Assembly: GCA_028534125.1 (NCBI GenBank)
Contig: CM052817.1
Location: forward strand, 23,314,001-23,378,000
Direction: 5' to 3'
Length of the DNA stretch: 64,000 bases
Source of the DNA: Lama glama
Taxonomy: Eukaryota
A model generated the notes under the pieces. That model saw only the letters and a list, made by a program, of their open reading frames with translations, was not told where the DNA came from and did not search any database. Both the position numbers and the translations under genes were made by a program. Every line of letters begins with the position of its first letter. The first letter of the stretch is position 1. Below are positions 24,661-37,181 of the stretch, one piece after another.

Positions 24661-27344
24661 GTATGTATGTATGTATGTATTTAACTCTTATTTTAAGAGA
24701 CTGTAAAGTAGCCTCTGTTAGTTATGCCACATAAAAATTGTATGATTCTGGACAATGTTTATTAAATGTCCAACAAGTCATTTTACATTCATCTGAATTC
24801 ATGTTCAAAAGAGGGATAAAATATCCTCTTCTTCCTAAACTTGATTATAGTAATTAAATGAGAAGGATTATGATATATCTTCTGCTAAACTTGATTATAA
24901 GGATTAAATGGTAAAGAAGAGTGTTTTTTCTAATTTCCTAGAAAGTGGTTGGATCTCCTTAATGACTTTCTTGTCTTTTTCCTTCCTAGTTGACTAGAAA
25001 CTTGTTGGCACCACAGGTCACATTTTTCTTTTCTTTTTATTCTTTTTCTTTTTTCTCTCCCAATACTTATCTCAGGCAATGAGTTGACATTAATGATCCT
25101 GAGTTACTGGAAGGAGTTTCAAACTTTACTGGGACTGAAACACACAGAGTAAACAACAATGCTACTAATTACAAGTCATAAATTAGCACTTTGGAAGTCT
25201 GTTTTCTTATCTCGATGCACATGTTTTGATGCTTCTTCCAAGTGGCTGCCTCTTAGGTGTTCAATGAAAAAGGACCTGAAATTAGTGCAGATTCCCTTGG
25301 AACTAAATCGGCAGGATATATTTATCAGAGAATTCACTTTGCATGTATTTCAGGTTTATTCACATATATAGCTCAATCATTTGGTTAGCTTGAAAGTTTA
25401 ATGGGACCCTAAAGTAATTATAGCACAAAATCAAGTCTCAGATAATGAACAAGGTGTCAAGTTTACTCTAGGGCTTATGACTATTTCATTTTCCAATTAA
25501 AAAGTCTGTAACAGCTCCATTAATTGTATCACTGACTGATGCTCCAAAAACTTTTATTTTAATTTAAAAGGCAAATCCTATGACAATTTTGTGTATATCA
25601 CATATAAAAAGAGAGTATTATTTACAGATTTTTAAAGTTTTCAGATTTGAATATAATCCTTAAAAATAAATTCTATCATTGTAATTTATATTAATATTTA
25701 TTAATGTTCTATATTTTTATAGTGATTATATCTTTATAAAGTGATGAGCAATTTTCCAAAAATTTATATTCATTATCTCATATTTACCTTAAAACAACCC
25801 ACTGTGTAGAAAGAGATTGCTATCTTCATTTTGCAATGAGAAGACAGGTGGAATAAAGACTCAAGTGATCACCCTGTAAGTTTTAAAACCAAGCTTAGAA
25901 CATAAGTTCACTGTCCTTACTTCAGTCTCTCTTCTTCACTGTTAGCTGTATTCTACTGACTGTGTGCCAGATGGAAGGAACATACTTTTTGAAGCAAAAC
26001 AGAGGTAATATTTCTGGGGATGATGTGGATTTCTTATAGACTGATGTAAAATGGAAGGAAAAATCATAAGAAGATTATCACAGCACTTGTTGGTAGCTGC
26101 GACTATTTTGTGGGGACGAGATGGAACAGGAGGACTCTTTCTAGGAGCGAAAGGATTAGATGGGGGCACACTCTCCACCCCGAGGAATGGAGGTGTAGAT
26201 ATCGCAGATGGACTTGTCTTATCTAGAGGTCTAGGAGCTCCGGATCTTCCTTTTCTCATTAAAAACAAATAAACAAACAAACAAAGAAAACAAAAACAAA
26301 AAAACCTACAGTATGTTGTAAATGATCAAGGTAAATCCTTAGGGCTCACACTTGATATTTTAAGCAGGATGCGTCTTTAACCCTGTAGAGGAAAACATAA
26401 GGGTATCTCCTTGTCCACTAAACTGTGAACAATTTGAAGAATTTCATAAATATATATTTCCATGAGAACTAATGCTGCATAGAGGCATTCAACAAATACT
26501 GGTTGAATGAGTGAATGTGATGGCAAATACAAACGAAAAGAGTGAGATGACAGAAAGGAGAGACTGAAAATAGAGCAGAGAAATTTCTGACTTCCCAACT
26601 CCCTCCAGCTGAATACAAAAGGAGACTAATCACTTGCTAAAACTTGTATCACTATAGTTTCTTCCACGAGGTATGTTTATAAAATAATGAGATTCTCCAA
26701 GTCATACACATAAAATTAATTAATTAATCCAGAGTCCTGCTGAGTAGCATTCGCTTGTATTTTTCATATTTCTGAGTCATAACTTCCTTACAAGTTTGCA
26801 AGGAGGAACCCATCATATCCATCCAAGTTCCCCTCAGGATGGAGTATTCTGTAGGACAGACCCATAATCAGCTTTTAGTCTGGAGAGCAGCAGTTTTATA
26901 AATGGGTGAGAACTAAACAATTCCATAGGGTTGCTCTAATTAAGACTGTATTTTATTGTAGGTCTCTGTAGTAGAAAATGTTCCAGTTAAGTTTCTTTTA
27001 TGAGCAAGTTAGTTCATTTAAACAAAAGTAGTTTCTTTGTCCTTATTTTGAGAATTCAGCAAAATACATTCCCAGTACTCATTCTAAATTGGCAATACCA
27101 GAAAGAAAAATGCCTATATTTACATATTTCTAATGCAATGTGCTACTACATTTTATATTCTCTTCTCTTCATATGTAACCTAAAAAGTGTAATAAAGGGC
27201 AAATAAAACAAAAAATAGTAATCACTAACATAGAGAAATATTGAATGTCTTTTGAATTAAATTTTAGCAAAACGCTATACCACTTATGTACAATTTAAAA
27301 GTATGTTATATATTCTTTATGATCATTTGCATAATTAGTAAAAC

Positions 27345-27907
27345 TGTTGCAGAAGAATAGGTTCTTGCCTCTCGCAGGAAAGAATTCAAGAGCAAGGCAT
27401 AGTAAAGTGAAAGTAAGTTTATTTAGAGAGATACATACTCCATAGACAGAGTGTGGTCCCTCACACTCAGAAGGGGGAGTGGCTTAGATGCACATTCCAT
27501 AGAGTGAATGTGAGCCATCTCAAAAGGTGTGGGGGGGATTAACATAAAGCAAAAGTAGATACACACTCCATTGAAAGAGTGTGGGCCATCTCAGAAGGCA
27601 AGAAAGAGCCATGAGGTGTGGAGTTGTTAGTTTTTATAGGCTTAGTAATTTCATATGCTAGTGAGCAAGAGGATTATTTCTACTATGTTGGGGAAGGGAC
27701 TGAGGATTTCCAGGAAACACTCCCTCCACTGCCTGCCTTTTGACCTTTTTGGTCAGCCTAGTAACTGTCATGTAGACTATGGGTGTGCCGTGAGGCTAAA
27801 GGTCTACTGAAGTTGAATCTTCTGCCGTCTTGGTTCTTGTTGGTCCTGCCCTCAGTTGCTGTGTCATTCCTTCAGTGGTTGTGCCCTGTCCCTTCCCTCC
27901 TGTCTCA
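27345..27907 (-). mobile_element. MER41-like (artiodactyl ERV1) solo LTR, 563 bp
   Basis: The minus strand begins TGAGACAGGAGGGAAGGGACAGGGCACAACC and ends ...GCAACA. 4-bp TSD aaac/aaat. Minus-strand AATAAA near 27418-27423. Confidence 0.8.
27708..27716. promoter_or_regulatory. GAS/STAT-binding motif TTCCAGGAA within the MER41-like LTR
   Basis: Exact TTCNNNGAA match. Function not shown. Confidence 0.45.
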
Positions 27908-28238
27908 AAATTACAAATAACTGGGAGGAAGAGATGATCAAATACATTAGGATGTTAATTACTTCTGTGGAGTAAGGGAGGAGACTAGGATGTCTGTATT
28001 TGGAGGGAGGCATGGATCTTCAGTGCAATCTATGATGCTTTATTTCCCCCTCCAAATGAATCATAAGCATGTATGTAAAAGGTTTATATTTGTTACACAA
28101 ATAGGTTTCCCTGAGCTTGTTACTCTCTTATTTTCTGTTCTTTTTACATTGTTCATAATTATTACAATAATTAAATTAACTAGTATAAAAATATATTGGC
28201 AAGATTATGTTATAAATGTAGATACTTCCCTGCCCTAT

Positions 28239-28650
28239 TGTAATTGTCAGGGTTCTCCAAAGCAAATAACCAATAGAATATATGTAGCAATATAGAAAGA
28301 GATTTATTAAAAGGGCTTAGTTCATGATTTTATTGAGGTAGAGAAGTCCCATGAACTGCCATATGCAAGCCAGAGAACCGGGAGCCCCAGTGTTTGAGAG
28401 AAGAAGATAGCTGAATGTCCCAGCTGAAACAAAGAGCAAATTCACCCTTCTCCCATGTTTTTGTTCTGTAAAGTTGTACTCAGACCCTCTGTGGATTGAA
28501 TGATGACCACTTGCATTGATGAGGGTGATCTCAGTCTACAAATTCAAACACTAATTTCTTCCAGAAACACCCTCACAGACATACCTAGAAATAAAGTTTT
28601 ATCAGCTCCATGGGTAGCCCTTTGCCCTGCTAAGTTTACACATGAAATGG
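28239..28650 (-). mobile_element. MLT2-like (ERVL) solo LTR
   Basis: gtcagggttctcca...gagatttatt...ccagaaacaccctcacagacatacctagaaat...gctaagtttacacatgaaat. Homologous to 758-1249. Confidence 0.8.
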
Positions 28651-28729
28651 ACATTTATAAACTAATGTTTTTTTAGGTATGTAGCAAAATATACAAATAA
28701 TAATAAAACACTGTCTCAACAATTAAGCA

Positions 28730-28778
28730 AGACAGATAGATAGATAGACAGATAGACAGACAGACAGATAGATAGATA
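28730..28778. repeat. (GATA/GACA)n microsatellite
   Basis: Directly visible. Confidence 0.95.
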
Positions 28779-29073
28779 TCATCCATACTGTGAATTAGAT
28801 ATCTAGAAGTTGTGCTAAATGAATGCCAAAGAGAGCATTTTAGTAAAAGTAAGAAACCATTCAGAAGGTTGGTGGGCTTCAGAAGAGGAAAAAATCTTGG
28901 GGAAAATATTTTTGATACTAAAAATTTAGAAAGCACCGCTTTTATAATATTCAAGCAGCTAGCTGTCTCAGATTTTTTTTCTGGCAACATTAAAATAAAG
29001 TATAGATTACTTTATTTCTGTTCTTAATAATATTCAAAAAGAACATTGCATCAGTGAAAATATAGAAAGCCTT

Positions 29074-32000
29074 TGATAGGTGACCAAGATTGCAAAGTAG
29101 GAAGATCCTGAGCTCACCTCCTCACATAGGCACACCAAAATTACAGCTATTTACAGAGCAACCGTCAATGAGAACAACATGAAGACTAGCAGAAAATATC
29201 ACCTATAACTAAGGATGTAAAAGACGAATCACAACAAGACACATGAGTGGAGTGGAGATGTGGTCCTTAGTCAAGACCTACACCCTCAGTAGGCAACCCA
29301 CAAGCGGAAGGATAATCACAATTACAGAGGTTCTCCCCAAGGACTGATGGGTCTGAGCCCCAGAAGACTCCCAAGCCCAAGGATCCTGCACTGGGAAGAT
29401 GAATCCCCTAGAATATTGCTTCGAAGGCAAACAGGGCGTGATTTCAGGAGAGCCAGAGGGCATCAAGAAATAGACTCTCCATTTAAAGGGAGCACACAAA
29501 ATCTTAGATGCTCTGAGACTCAGGGCAGAAGAAGTAATTTGAAAGGAACCTGGTTCAGACCCACTTGTTAATTCTGCAGAGCCTCCCAAGAGGTGTGACA
29601 GTTGAGACTCATCCTGGGGACATAGACACTGGCGGCAGCCATTCTGGGGAGCTCATTCTATCATAGGGACACTGGTGTTGGCAATGCCATTTTGGAATCC
29701 TCCCTCTAGCATATTAGCACCAGGACTCAGTCCTGGGACAACCCAGGCCAAGCAGCCAGCTGTGCAGAGACGTAGCATCACCCGTGGGCAGGCATGCAGC
29801 ACCTGTTGATCCTTTTGAATCCCTCAACCTCCCTGGGACCTGGCCCTGCTCACCAGAGAGCCCAGAATCTGGCTTCACCCACCATTGAGCAAACATCAGC
29901 TCTAGGACACCTTAGACCTTCTGCAGCAAGCCAATGCAGGACTTGGTTTTGCCCACTAGTAGGCTGGAGCTAGCCTCTAGACCCAGCCTCATTTACCAGC
30001 AGGACCCACCTGGCCCCAGCCATGCCTACCAGTAAACTGACATCAGCTGTGGGACCCCCTGGGGCTCACAGTCAGTCATGCCAGAATCAGGGCCCACCCA
30101 CCATCAACTGGCAACCTCTGCACTAAGCAGGGCCTGGCAACATACCAGGCTGGAGAACAGTCATCTTATTAGAACAGCCATAGTAGCTGTCCCTACTACA
30201 ACAGAAACACAGCTCACATACACCGTGATACTAAAACAACACAAAAATAACACATACACTCAAATTATAGGCCAGTGTCTTTGATAAACATAGATACAAA
30301 AAACCTCAGCAAAATATTAGCAAACCAAATTCAACATTACATTAAATGGATCATACTCTAAGATTAACTGTGAATTTATCCCAGGGATGTAAGGATGGTT
30401 CAATACCTGCAAATCAGTCAGTGTAATACACCACATTAACAAACTGAAGAATAAAAATCATATAATCATCTCAACAGATGCAGAAAAAAGCTTTTGACAT
30501 AATTCAACATCTATTTATGATAACTTTTCACAATGTGAACATAAAGGGAATATACCTCAATATGATAAGGGCCATATATGACAAGCCCATAGTTAAGATC
30601 ATACTCAGTGGAGAAAATTTCAAAGCATTTCCTCTAAGATCAGAAATAAGACAGGGGTGCCCATTCTCACCACTTTTATCCAAAATAGTATTGGCAGTCC
30701 TAGAGACAGCAATCAGGTAAGAAAAAGAAGTAAAAGATGTCCAAATTGGAAAGGAAGAAGTAAAACTGTCACCATTTGCAGATCATGTGATACTACATAT
30801 AGAAAATCCTAAAGACTTCATCAAAAACCAATTAGAACTCATTAATGAATCCAGTAAATTTGAGTTGATGGATATAAAATTAACTTACAGAAATGATTTT
30901 TTTCTAAACACTAACAACAAATTATCACAAGGAGAAATTAATGAAACAATTCAATTTACAATTCATGAAAAAGAATAAAATACCTAGGAATAAATACAAC
31001 TAAAGAGGTAAAAGACCTGTACTCAGAAAACAGTAAGACACTGATGAAAGAAATTGAAGATGACAGAAACAGATGGAAAAATATATTGTGCTCACAGATT
31101 GAAAGAATTTATGTTATTAAAATGACTGTCTACCCAAGGCAATCTACACATTGAATGCAGTCCCCAGTAAAATAGCAATGACATTTTTCACAGAACTAGG
31201 ACAAATAATTCTAAAATTTGTATGGAAACACAAAAGATCCCAAATAGTCAAGACAATCTTGAAAAGAAGAACAAAGCTGGCGGTAGAATGTTCCCTGATT
31301 TCAAACTATACTACAAACCTACAGTAATCAAAACACTATGGTACTGACACAAAACAGACAAATGAATCAGTGGAACAGAATAAAGAGCCCAGAAATGAAC
31401 CCACACTTACATGGTCAATTAATCTATGATAAAGGAAGCAAAAATGTACAATAAGGAAAAAACATCCTCTTCAATAAATGGTGCAGGGAAAACTGGACAG
31501 CTACATTCAAAATAGTCATACTAGACTACGTTCTCATGCCATATACCAAAGTAAAAGTGGATTAAAGACTTAAATGTAAGTTCTGAAACCCTAAATCTCT
31601 CAAAGAAAACATAACCAGTGTGCTCTTTGACAGTGGTCTTAGTAATGGTTTTTGGACCTGTCTCTTCCTGGCAAGAGGAATATAAGGGAAAGTAAACAAA
31701 CAGGACTACATCAAACATTAATGCTGTTGTCTGTTATATATGAAAAATTTTAAGAGTAAACCGTAAATGTTTTCATCACAAGGAAAAAAGATTTTTCTTT
31801 TTCTTTTATTTTCTATCTATATGAGATGATGATTGTTCACTAAACTGATAGTGGTAATCATTCCATGATATATTTAAGTCAAACATATATGCTATACACC
31901 TTATATTTATTCAGTGCTCTATGTCAGTTATTTGGTTTTTGTTTGTTTCATTTTGTTTAAGGGGAAGTAATTAGGTTTCTTTACGTATTTTTAATTAAGT

Positions 32001-32136
32001 TTTTTAATTTTATTTTTTAGTGGAGGTACTGGAGGTACTAAGGATTGAATCCAGGACCCCGTGTATGCTAGGCATGCCCTCTACTACTGAGCTATACCCC
32101 CACATGTCAATTATATTTCAATAAATCTAGAAGAAA
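29074..32136 (+). mobile_element. L1 (L1MA9/L1_Art-like) with 5'UTR, RT-region ORF2 segment and 3' end; two internal deletions
   Basis: 5'UTR ~29074-30220 (ccaagattgc...gagctcacctcctc). Decayed ORF2 at 30221-31716 ([39 protein letters not shown]). L1MA-type 3' end to aataaatctagaagaaa. Degenerate TSD at 29056-29073 / 32137-32157. Confidence 0.85.
31932..32103 (-). mobile_element. tRNA-derived SINE (camelid vic-1-like) inserted in the L1 3'UTR
   Basis: Minus strand GGGGTATAGCTCAGTAGTAGAG...GGATTCAATCC (A/B boxes), CCTAATTAC and an A-rich tail. TSD atgtcagttat (31921-31931) / atgtcaattat (32104-32114). Confidence 0.9.
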
Positions 32137-32525
32137 GAAAATATTATAAAAGGCCTTCTAAAAAAGATAACATTTTAAGACAAAGATCACAGGTAAATGA
32201 AAAGCATGTTTGTAGAATTTAAAACCACAATGGACAATCTTTAAGCTTTAAATTATTAAAAAGAATTTTGAATTTACATAGATGGTGATAATAGAAGAAA
32301 TTTTCACATATTAAAGTATGGGGAAGTCATTCTGGATTATACATGATTTAACTTGAGCTTTAGGTTAATCAAAACAGTCGATTGTGTCCTATTAAACATG
32401 CATTGTACATCTACTTTTAACATTAAAGAGAGGAATGCATTTAAAAATCAAAATGGAGTAACTGTGGTTCAGGCATTCAGAATGGAGCGGGGTGATCATT
32501 GTGGATCTGTTTTCACACACTTTTC

Positions 32526-32898
32526 TGTATTACTGAGAACTAGAATATTCTGACCTGTATCAGACTCAAGGACACCACCAGCCATTCTCAAAATATTACC
32601 TGCTAGTATCTGCAGAGTTACAGTCTCAAGATCACCCCTGGTAACCATGCAGCCATTTCAGATCCCAGCAAATCCTTGCTTAACAAGCACCCTTAAATCT
32701 TGCCAGCTTCAATTCTTGACAGAAGAACTTAGGTAATTTTTCAGTTGTTGCTTTTATAAGCCTCCCCATTTTGTGGTCCAGCAGAAAACAGTTCAAGTGC
32801 TTCTTTAATCTGTGTCCCCAGCATACAGTCCTCAGTCTGGCTCAAATAAAACTCTTCTATACCTATTACAGATTGTTTAGTGATTATTACTGTTGACA
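32526..32898 (+). mobile_element. ERV1-type LTR, family uncertain
   Basis: TATA-like ttttataag, then cagtcctcagtctggctcaaataaaactc and terminal ...ttgaca. Left boundary uncertain. Confidence 0.6.
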
Positions 32899-33094
32899 GT
32901 GATATTTCAAGTAATTTAAAAAATCTTCCTAGCTATCTGTAGTTCCATGATATTTGGTAATTAAATAGCACTTCTACAATCAGACAAAATAATGTTTTAT
33001 TGGAAGTAAATACTTCTCTCGCAGAATTTGTCTGAATTTTAAATGAGCACATGTTCATAAAAGACACCTGCTAGATAAGAGATGGCTATATAAA

Positions 33095-33340
33095 ATCAGT
33101 AGAGAATTGCAGTAAAAACTTTGGACTATCTGATTACAAAGACTTGAATTCAAACCCAAACTCTTCATCTTTCTATCATGTTACCTTGAGCTAGTGATTT
33201 AATCTCCCTTGGCTTCATTGTCCCATTGGTAAGATGAGTATAACGAGAGAATCCATCTTGTAGGGTTTGGTGAAGATTAAAGAAGCTAATTCTCTTAGAG
33301 CAGGGCTTGACTTAGCTGAAGTGCTTTATAATCAATAACT
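33095..33340 (+). mobile_element. MIR SINE remnant
   Basis: agacttgaattcaaaccc...accttgagctagtgatttaatctc...tgaagattaaa. Confidence 0.6.
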
Positions 33341-34034
33341 GTTAGTTTTTGTCAAAAGATAGAGGTAAGAAACAAAAGGCATCTCTATAAACTATCTAGT
33401 TCACCTCAAAAGAAAGAAAAGTCATTGTAAATGATTTTGTGACACGAAAAGCATCATCAGTCATAAAATTGCTAAATCCAATAATAGGTGAAATGGGGTT
33501 AAGTCCGCTTCAATCTGATTGTCTATCCACTTTAGGTCTTTTCTGGTAGAATGTTCCCTTTACATCCAGTCACTAGGTAAGTTCATTTACACAAGCAGTA
33601 TTTCTTTCAAAGATTTCATGAGTGAACATAAACTTTTCGAAGGCAAAGACTTGTTACATTTGGCTATTTTGCAATCATTAAAAGGAAATTGCCTAAGTGG
33701 AAACTTAAGTTATATATACAATAAACTGTTACTTGCTTTGTAGAAAACACGAGGAAGCCATATTAAAACAAACATAATATCCCTTTATAGACAGCTATTT
33801 TCCACATGTATACACACACATACACATTTATAAGTCAAGAAATGTGTAGCAGTGTGTCCTGGATCTTTTGCTGGTGAACAACAGGACTTGTTTTGCACTG
33901 AAAAAACTAGTTGGGGAATTTAGTAGCTCCATGAAGCAGGGTTGCACCTCTTTGTTGTTTGTTCTGTTGTTTGATTTTTCCCCTTGAGATATCATGACCC
34001 AGGAAAGTTATCAACTGTATGTAACAAATATTTT

Positions 34035-34214
34035 AAATTTATTTTTCTTTCTTTAAAACTCACACATACATCTTCTTTATTTTTTCTTTTTTTTGGGGGG
34101 GGGAGAGGTAATTAGGTTTATTTTATTTAATTTTCTAGGAGGTACTGGGGATTGAACCCAGGACCTCACACATGTTAAGCATGTGCTCCACCGCTTGAAC
34201 TGTACTCTCCCGCC
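34035..34214 (-). mobile_element. tRNA-derived SINE (camelid vic-1-like)
   Basis: ggaggtactggggattgaacccaggacctc...gctccaccgcttgaactgtactctccc and aggtaattaggtttatt. Degenerate TSD aacaaatatttt (34023-34034) / agcaaacatttt (34215-34226). Confidence 0.9.
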
Positions 34215-34268
34215 AGCAAACATTTTTATAAGAAACAATCCAACATGAGATGCATTCTGTTATTTATT

Positions 34269-34714
34269 TATTTATTTTTATTGTTAATTTTTGTTTATAT
34301 GTATTTTTATTTAAGTTTAGTCAGTTTACAATGTGTCAATTTCTAATGTACAGCATAATGTTTCAGTCATACATAAATATACACATATTGGTTTTCATAT
34401 TCTTTTCACCATAAGTTACTACAACATATTGAATATAGTTCCTTGTGGTATGCAGTATAAATTTATTTATCTATTTTATATGTATTAGTATCTGCAAATC
34501 TCAAACTCCCAATTTATCTCTTCCTACCCTCTTCCCACTCTGGTAACCATAAGTTTATTTTCTATGTCTGTGAGTCTATTTCTGTTTTGAAAATAAGTTT
34601 GTCTTTTTTTTTAGATTCCACATATAAATGATATCATGTGGTATTTTTCTTTCTCTTTCTGGCTTATTTAACTTAGAATGCCATTTGCAGCAACATAGAT
34701 GGGCCTGGAGATTG
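34269..34714 (-). mobile_element. Short L1 3' end with a ~33-bp 5' inversion (twin priming)
   Basis: Antisense L1 3'UTR to 34680, then sense ccatttgcagcaacatagatgggcctggagatt. TSD gcattctgttatttatt (34252-34268) / gcattccattatttatt (34715-34731). Confidence 0.88.
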
Positions 34715-37181
34715 GCATTCCATTATTTATTAACTCAATGCTACTTTAATTCTTTTTAAATGTAACCTGCACCCCACTAGGCTGATTTCATAAGCCAATA
34801 ATGTATCATTTTAGGTATTAATAATCCTAAGGTCTGGATATGTCAATGTGTTTAAGACGCTCCCAACTAAAAGGTATGTCTGTAGCCTAGAATCCCTCTC
34901 GGTACCTGGATATTCATTTATTTGTTCATTCCTCATAGACAGTTACTGAATACCACTAAGTACTTCAGTCCAGAAGTCACAGATAGAGCATCAAAAAATG
35001 TACAGTTTTCTTTACAGAGGCTTACCTTATGTAGATATTACTACAAGTTCCTACTTTCTTCACCAAGAACCCAATATCAGTGTTATATGTCAATTATATC
35101 TCAATAAATCTGGGGAGGAAAAAGAAAATAAAGTTAAAACTATTTAAATATAAGACTGAAATAACCCGAGTTATTTTCTTAATTAAGGGAAGAGTGTAAA
35201 ACTCACTCTAATACATTTCACTTGTGGAGAAAGAGACACAGCTTGAATTTTCTTTTCTGGAGAAAAACAAGCTAAAATATAGCCATGCTGGGAAAGAAGA
35301 GAGTGGAGGGCACCTGCTTTTTCTTGAGTCATGGAATCAGGATCTCTACTAGGGCCTCCAGGTAGATGAAGGGTTCACTAAGTTTTCCCTTTTGTTTCCT
35401 TAGCTGAACCCTGAGATATTTGGTTTGATGCTGATCAGCTTATTTGCGTAAAACTGTCAATTTGCTTAATTAACATTTAACATAATAGTATGCATATGGG
35501 AAGGATGAAGCGTCATTAGAATTTTATTTGATTATAAACTGTAGTTCTGAAAAAAGTTGTCTTAATCTATTATTCATACCACCATATTCTTCACAACTTT
35601 AGCAATTTGAAGGGAATAGTGGTAAGCACCGTAGTATATGCTCTAGTGTAGAACCTCACTGGTTTCATAAAGCATATGATAAAAATAATAATGATAATAA
35701 TGACCAAAAATACTCCTGTTATTACCACTTCCATCACTACTAACGCTATTAATATTACTATTACAATTTATTGACCTCCTACTATATGCCAGCTACTGAA
35801 ATGTGCAATTGACATAAACTACAACCTCATTTTTGTCAAATCCTACAGTTTAAGAAGTAAGTTGTAAAATAACTAATACACAGGTGAAATGATTGTGATG
35901 GAGACTGAAGAAACATTTTTCAAAATTAAAAAATATATATTTAAGAATAAGAATTCAGCTTGTTAAAATATGCAATATAATACAGACTTCATCATTTTAA
36001 CTTATATGGTGCCATCAGTTTAATTCATATCATTAAGATTCATACTGCTTATCAATGTGGCTGAATCACTGTAGAAGCCAAAAAAAGGCTAACATTAAAC
36101 AGTAAATGTTCTTTGCTAACAATATAAAAATTTTATAGTTCATTTATTTTCCTTTAGTATAGACAAATAAACCTGTCATTAATTTAATATTCTATTATAA
36201 AATACAGGAAATAGTCTAGTTTCCTTATTGGAGATATCAGAGAAGCGTAGTATAATTTTGTAGTATTATTCAGTTTTGTTCATTTTTGACACTGTTTTTA
36301 TTCAATTTTATCTGCTGCAGAAATGGAATTGCTTTACATATTGCATAGTATGAAATAAAATTAGAGATGAGGTTTTTATTTTTCCCTCATCTCAAAATAT
36401 TCATGTTGCTATCTTTTAATAAGAAACAATTTAGTAAAATTATTTCCTTTGCTAGGTATCGATTATAGTCAGAAGAGAAAATAGGAACGAAGATAAGATG
36501 CAGAAATTCAGTTTTCTTATTATTTTTTCCATCATTTTAATTGCTAAATTCAATTACCAAGATAAATCTATGTAAGTTTGTAAAATAACAAAACATAGTT
36601 TCCTCTCAAGATCACAATTGGCTGTTACAAAACTATTAAAACACAGGACTATATGGATAGCCCTGTATGTGCTTGCTACTAGTTGTTTTGTAAAGGTATT
36701 TTGGACACTTAAATTAAGACTTGAAAAATTTACTCATTGTTATATATTGGTATTTATTTTAAACACATGGACATATCTGTCTTTATATTCCACATTGCTT
36801 TGGTACACAATTTCTTCCTTCTCTCTACATTCCCAAAGAATGCAGGTGCTACCTTGTTTCATTCTTTTTTGTTGGAGCTTTTAGCACAAAAGCAAACTTG
36901 CCACAGAGACAAGCAAGATGGTGTGAATGAGTCTTAATACTTCATTAATTTCTCAATGTGGCTCCATGTACCAGAATCATTACTCTTACAGGCATGCTAG
37001 CATCTTTCATGTCATATGTTTATCTAAAACAAATTCAATATGTTTTTTAAATTTGTAAGTATTAGAAAATTTGAGTATTTCTTTAAATGATGATATACAG
37101 CTTTTAATAAGTATAGCAACAATACAATGTATTCAGAGAATAAATAAAGGAATAAATGAATGCTTGAAAGAAATTTCACCA

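Larger units (their letters stand above)
27270..28170 (+). mobile_element. Old L1ME-like 3'UTR fragment interrupted by an LTR
   Basis: tataccacttatgtacaatttaaaa lies to the left of the LTR and ggatgttaattacttctgtggagtaaggga to the right. Confidence 0.5.

Noticed and set aside
24830..24911. Small local duplications (ctaaacttgattata x2; also near 8901, 11361, 48513 and 50533)
   Set aside because: Ordinary replication-slippage duplications with no sign of function.
27429..27598. CRISPR-like repeat-spacer array
   Set aside because: The units are diverged, lie inside a mammalian LTR, and have no cas genes nearby.
32020..32103. tRNA gene (also 34135-34211)
   Set aside because: These are tRNA-like heads of SINEs, with A-rich tails and TSDs and a degenerate cloverleaf.
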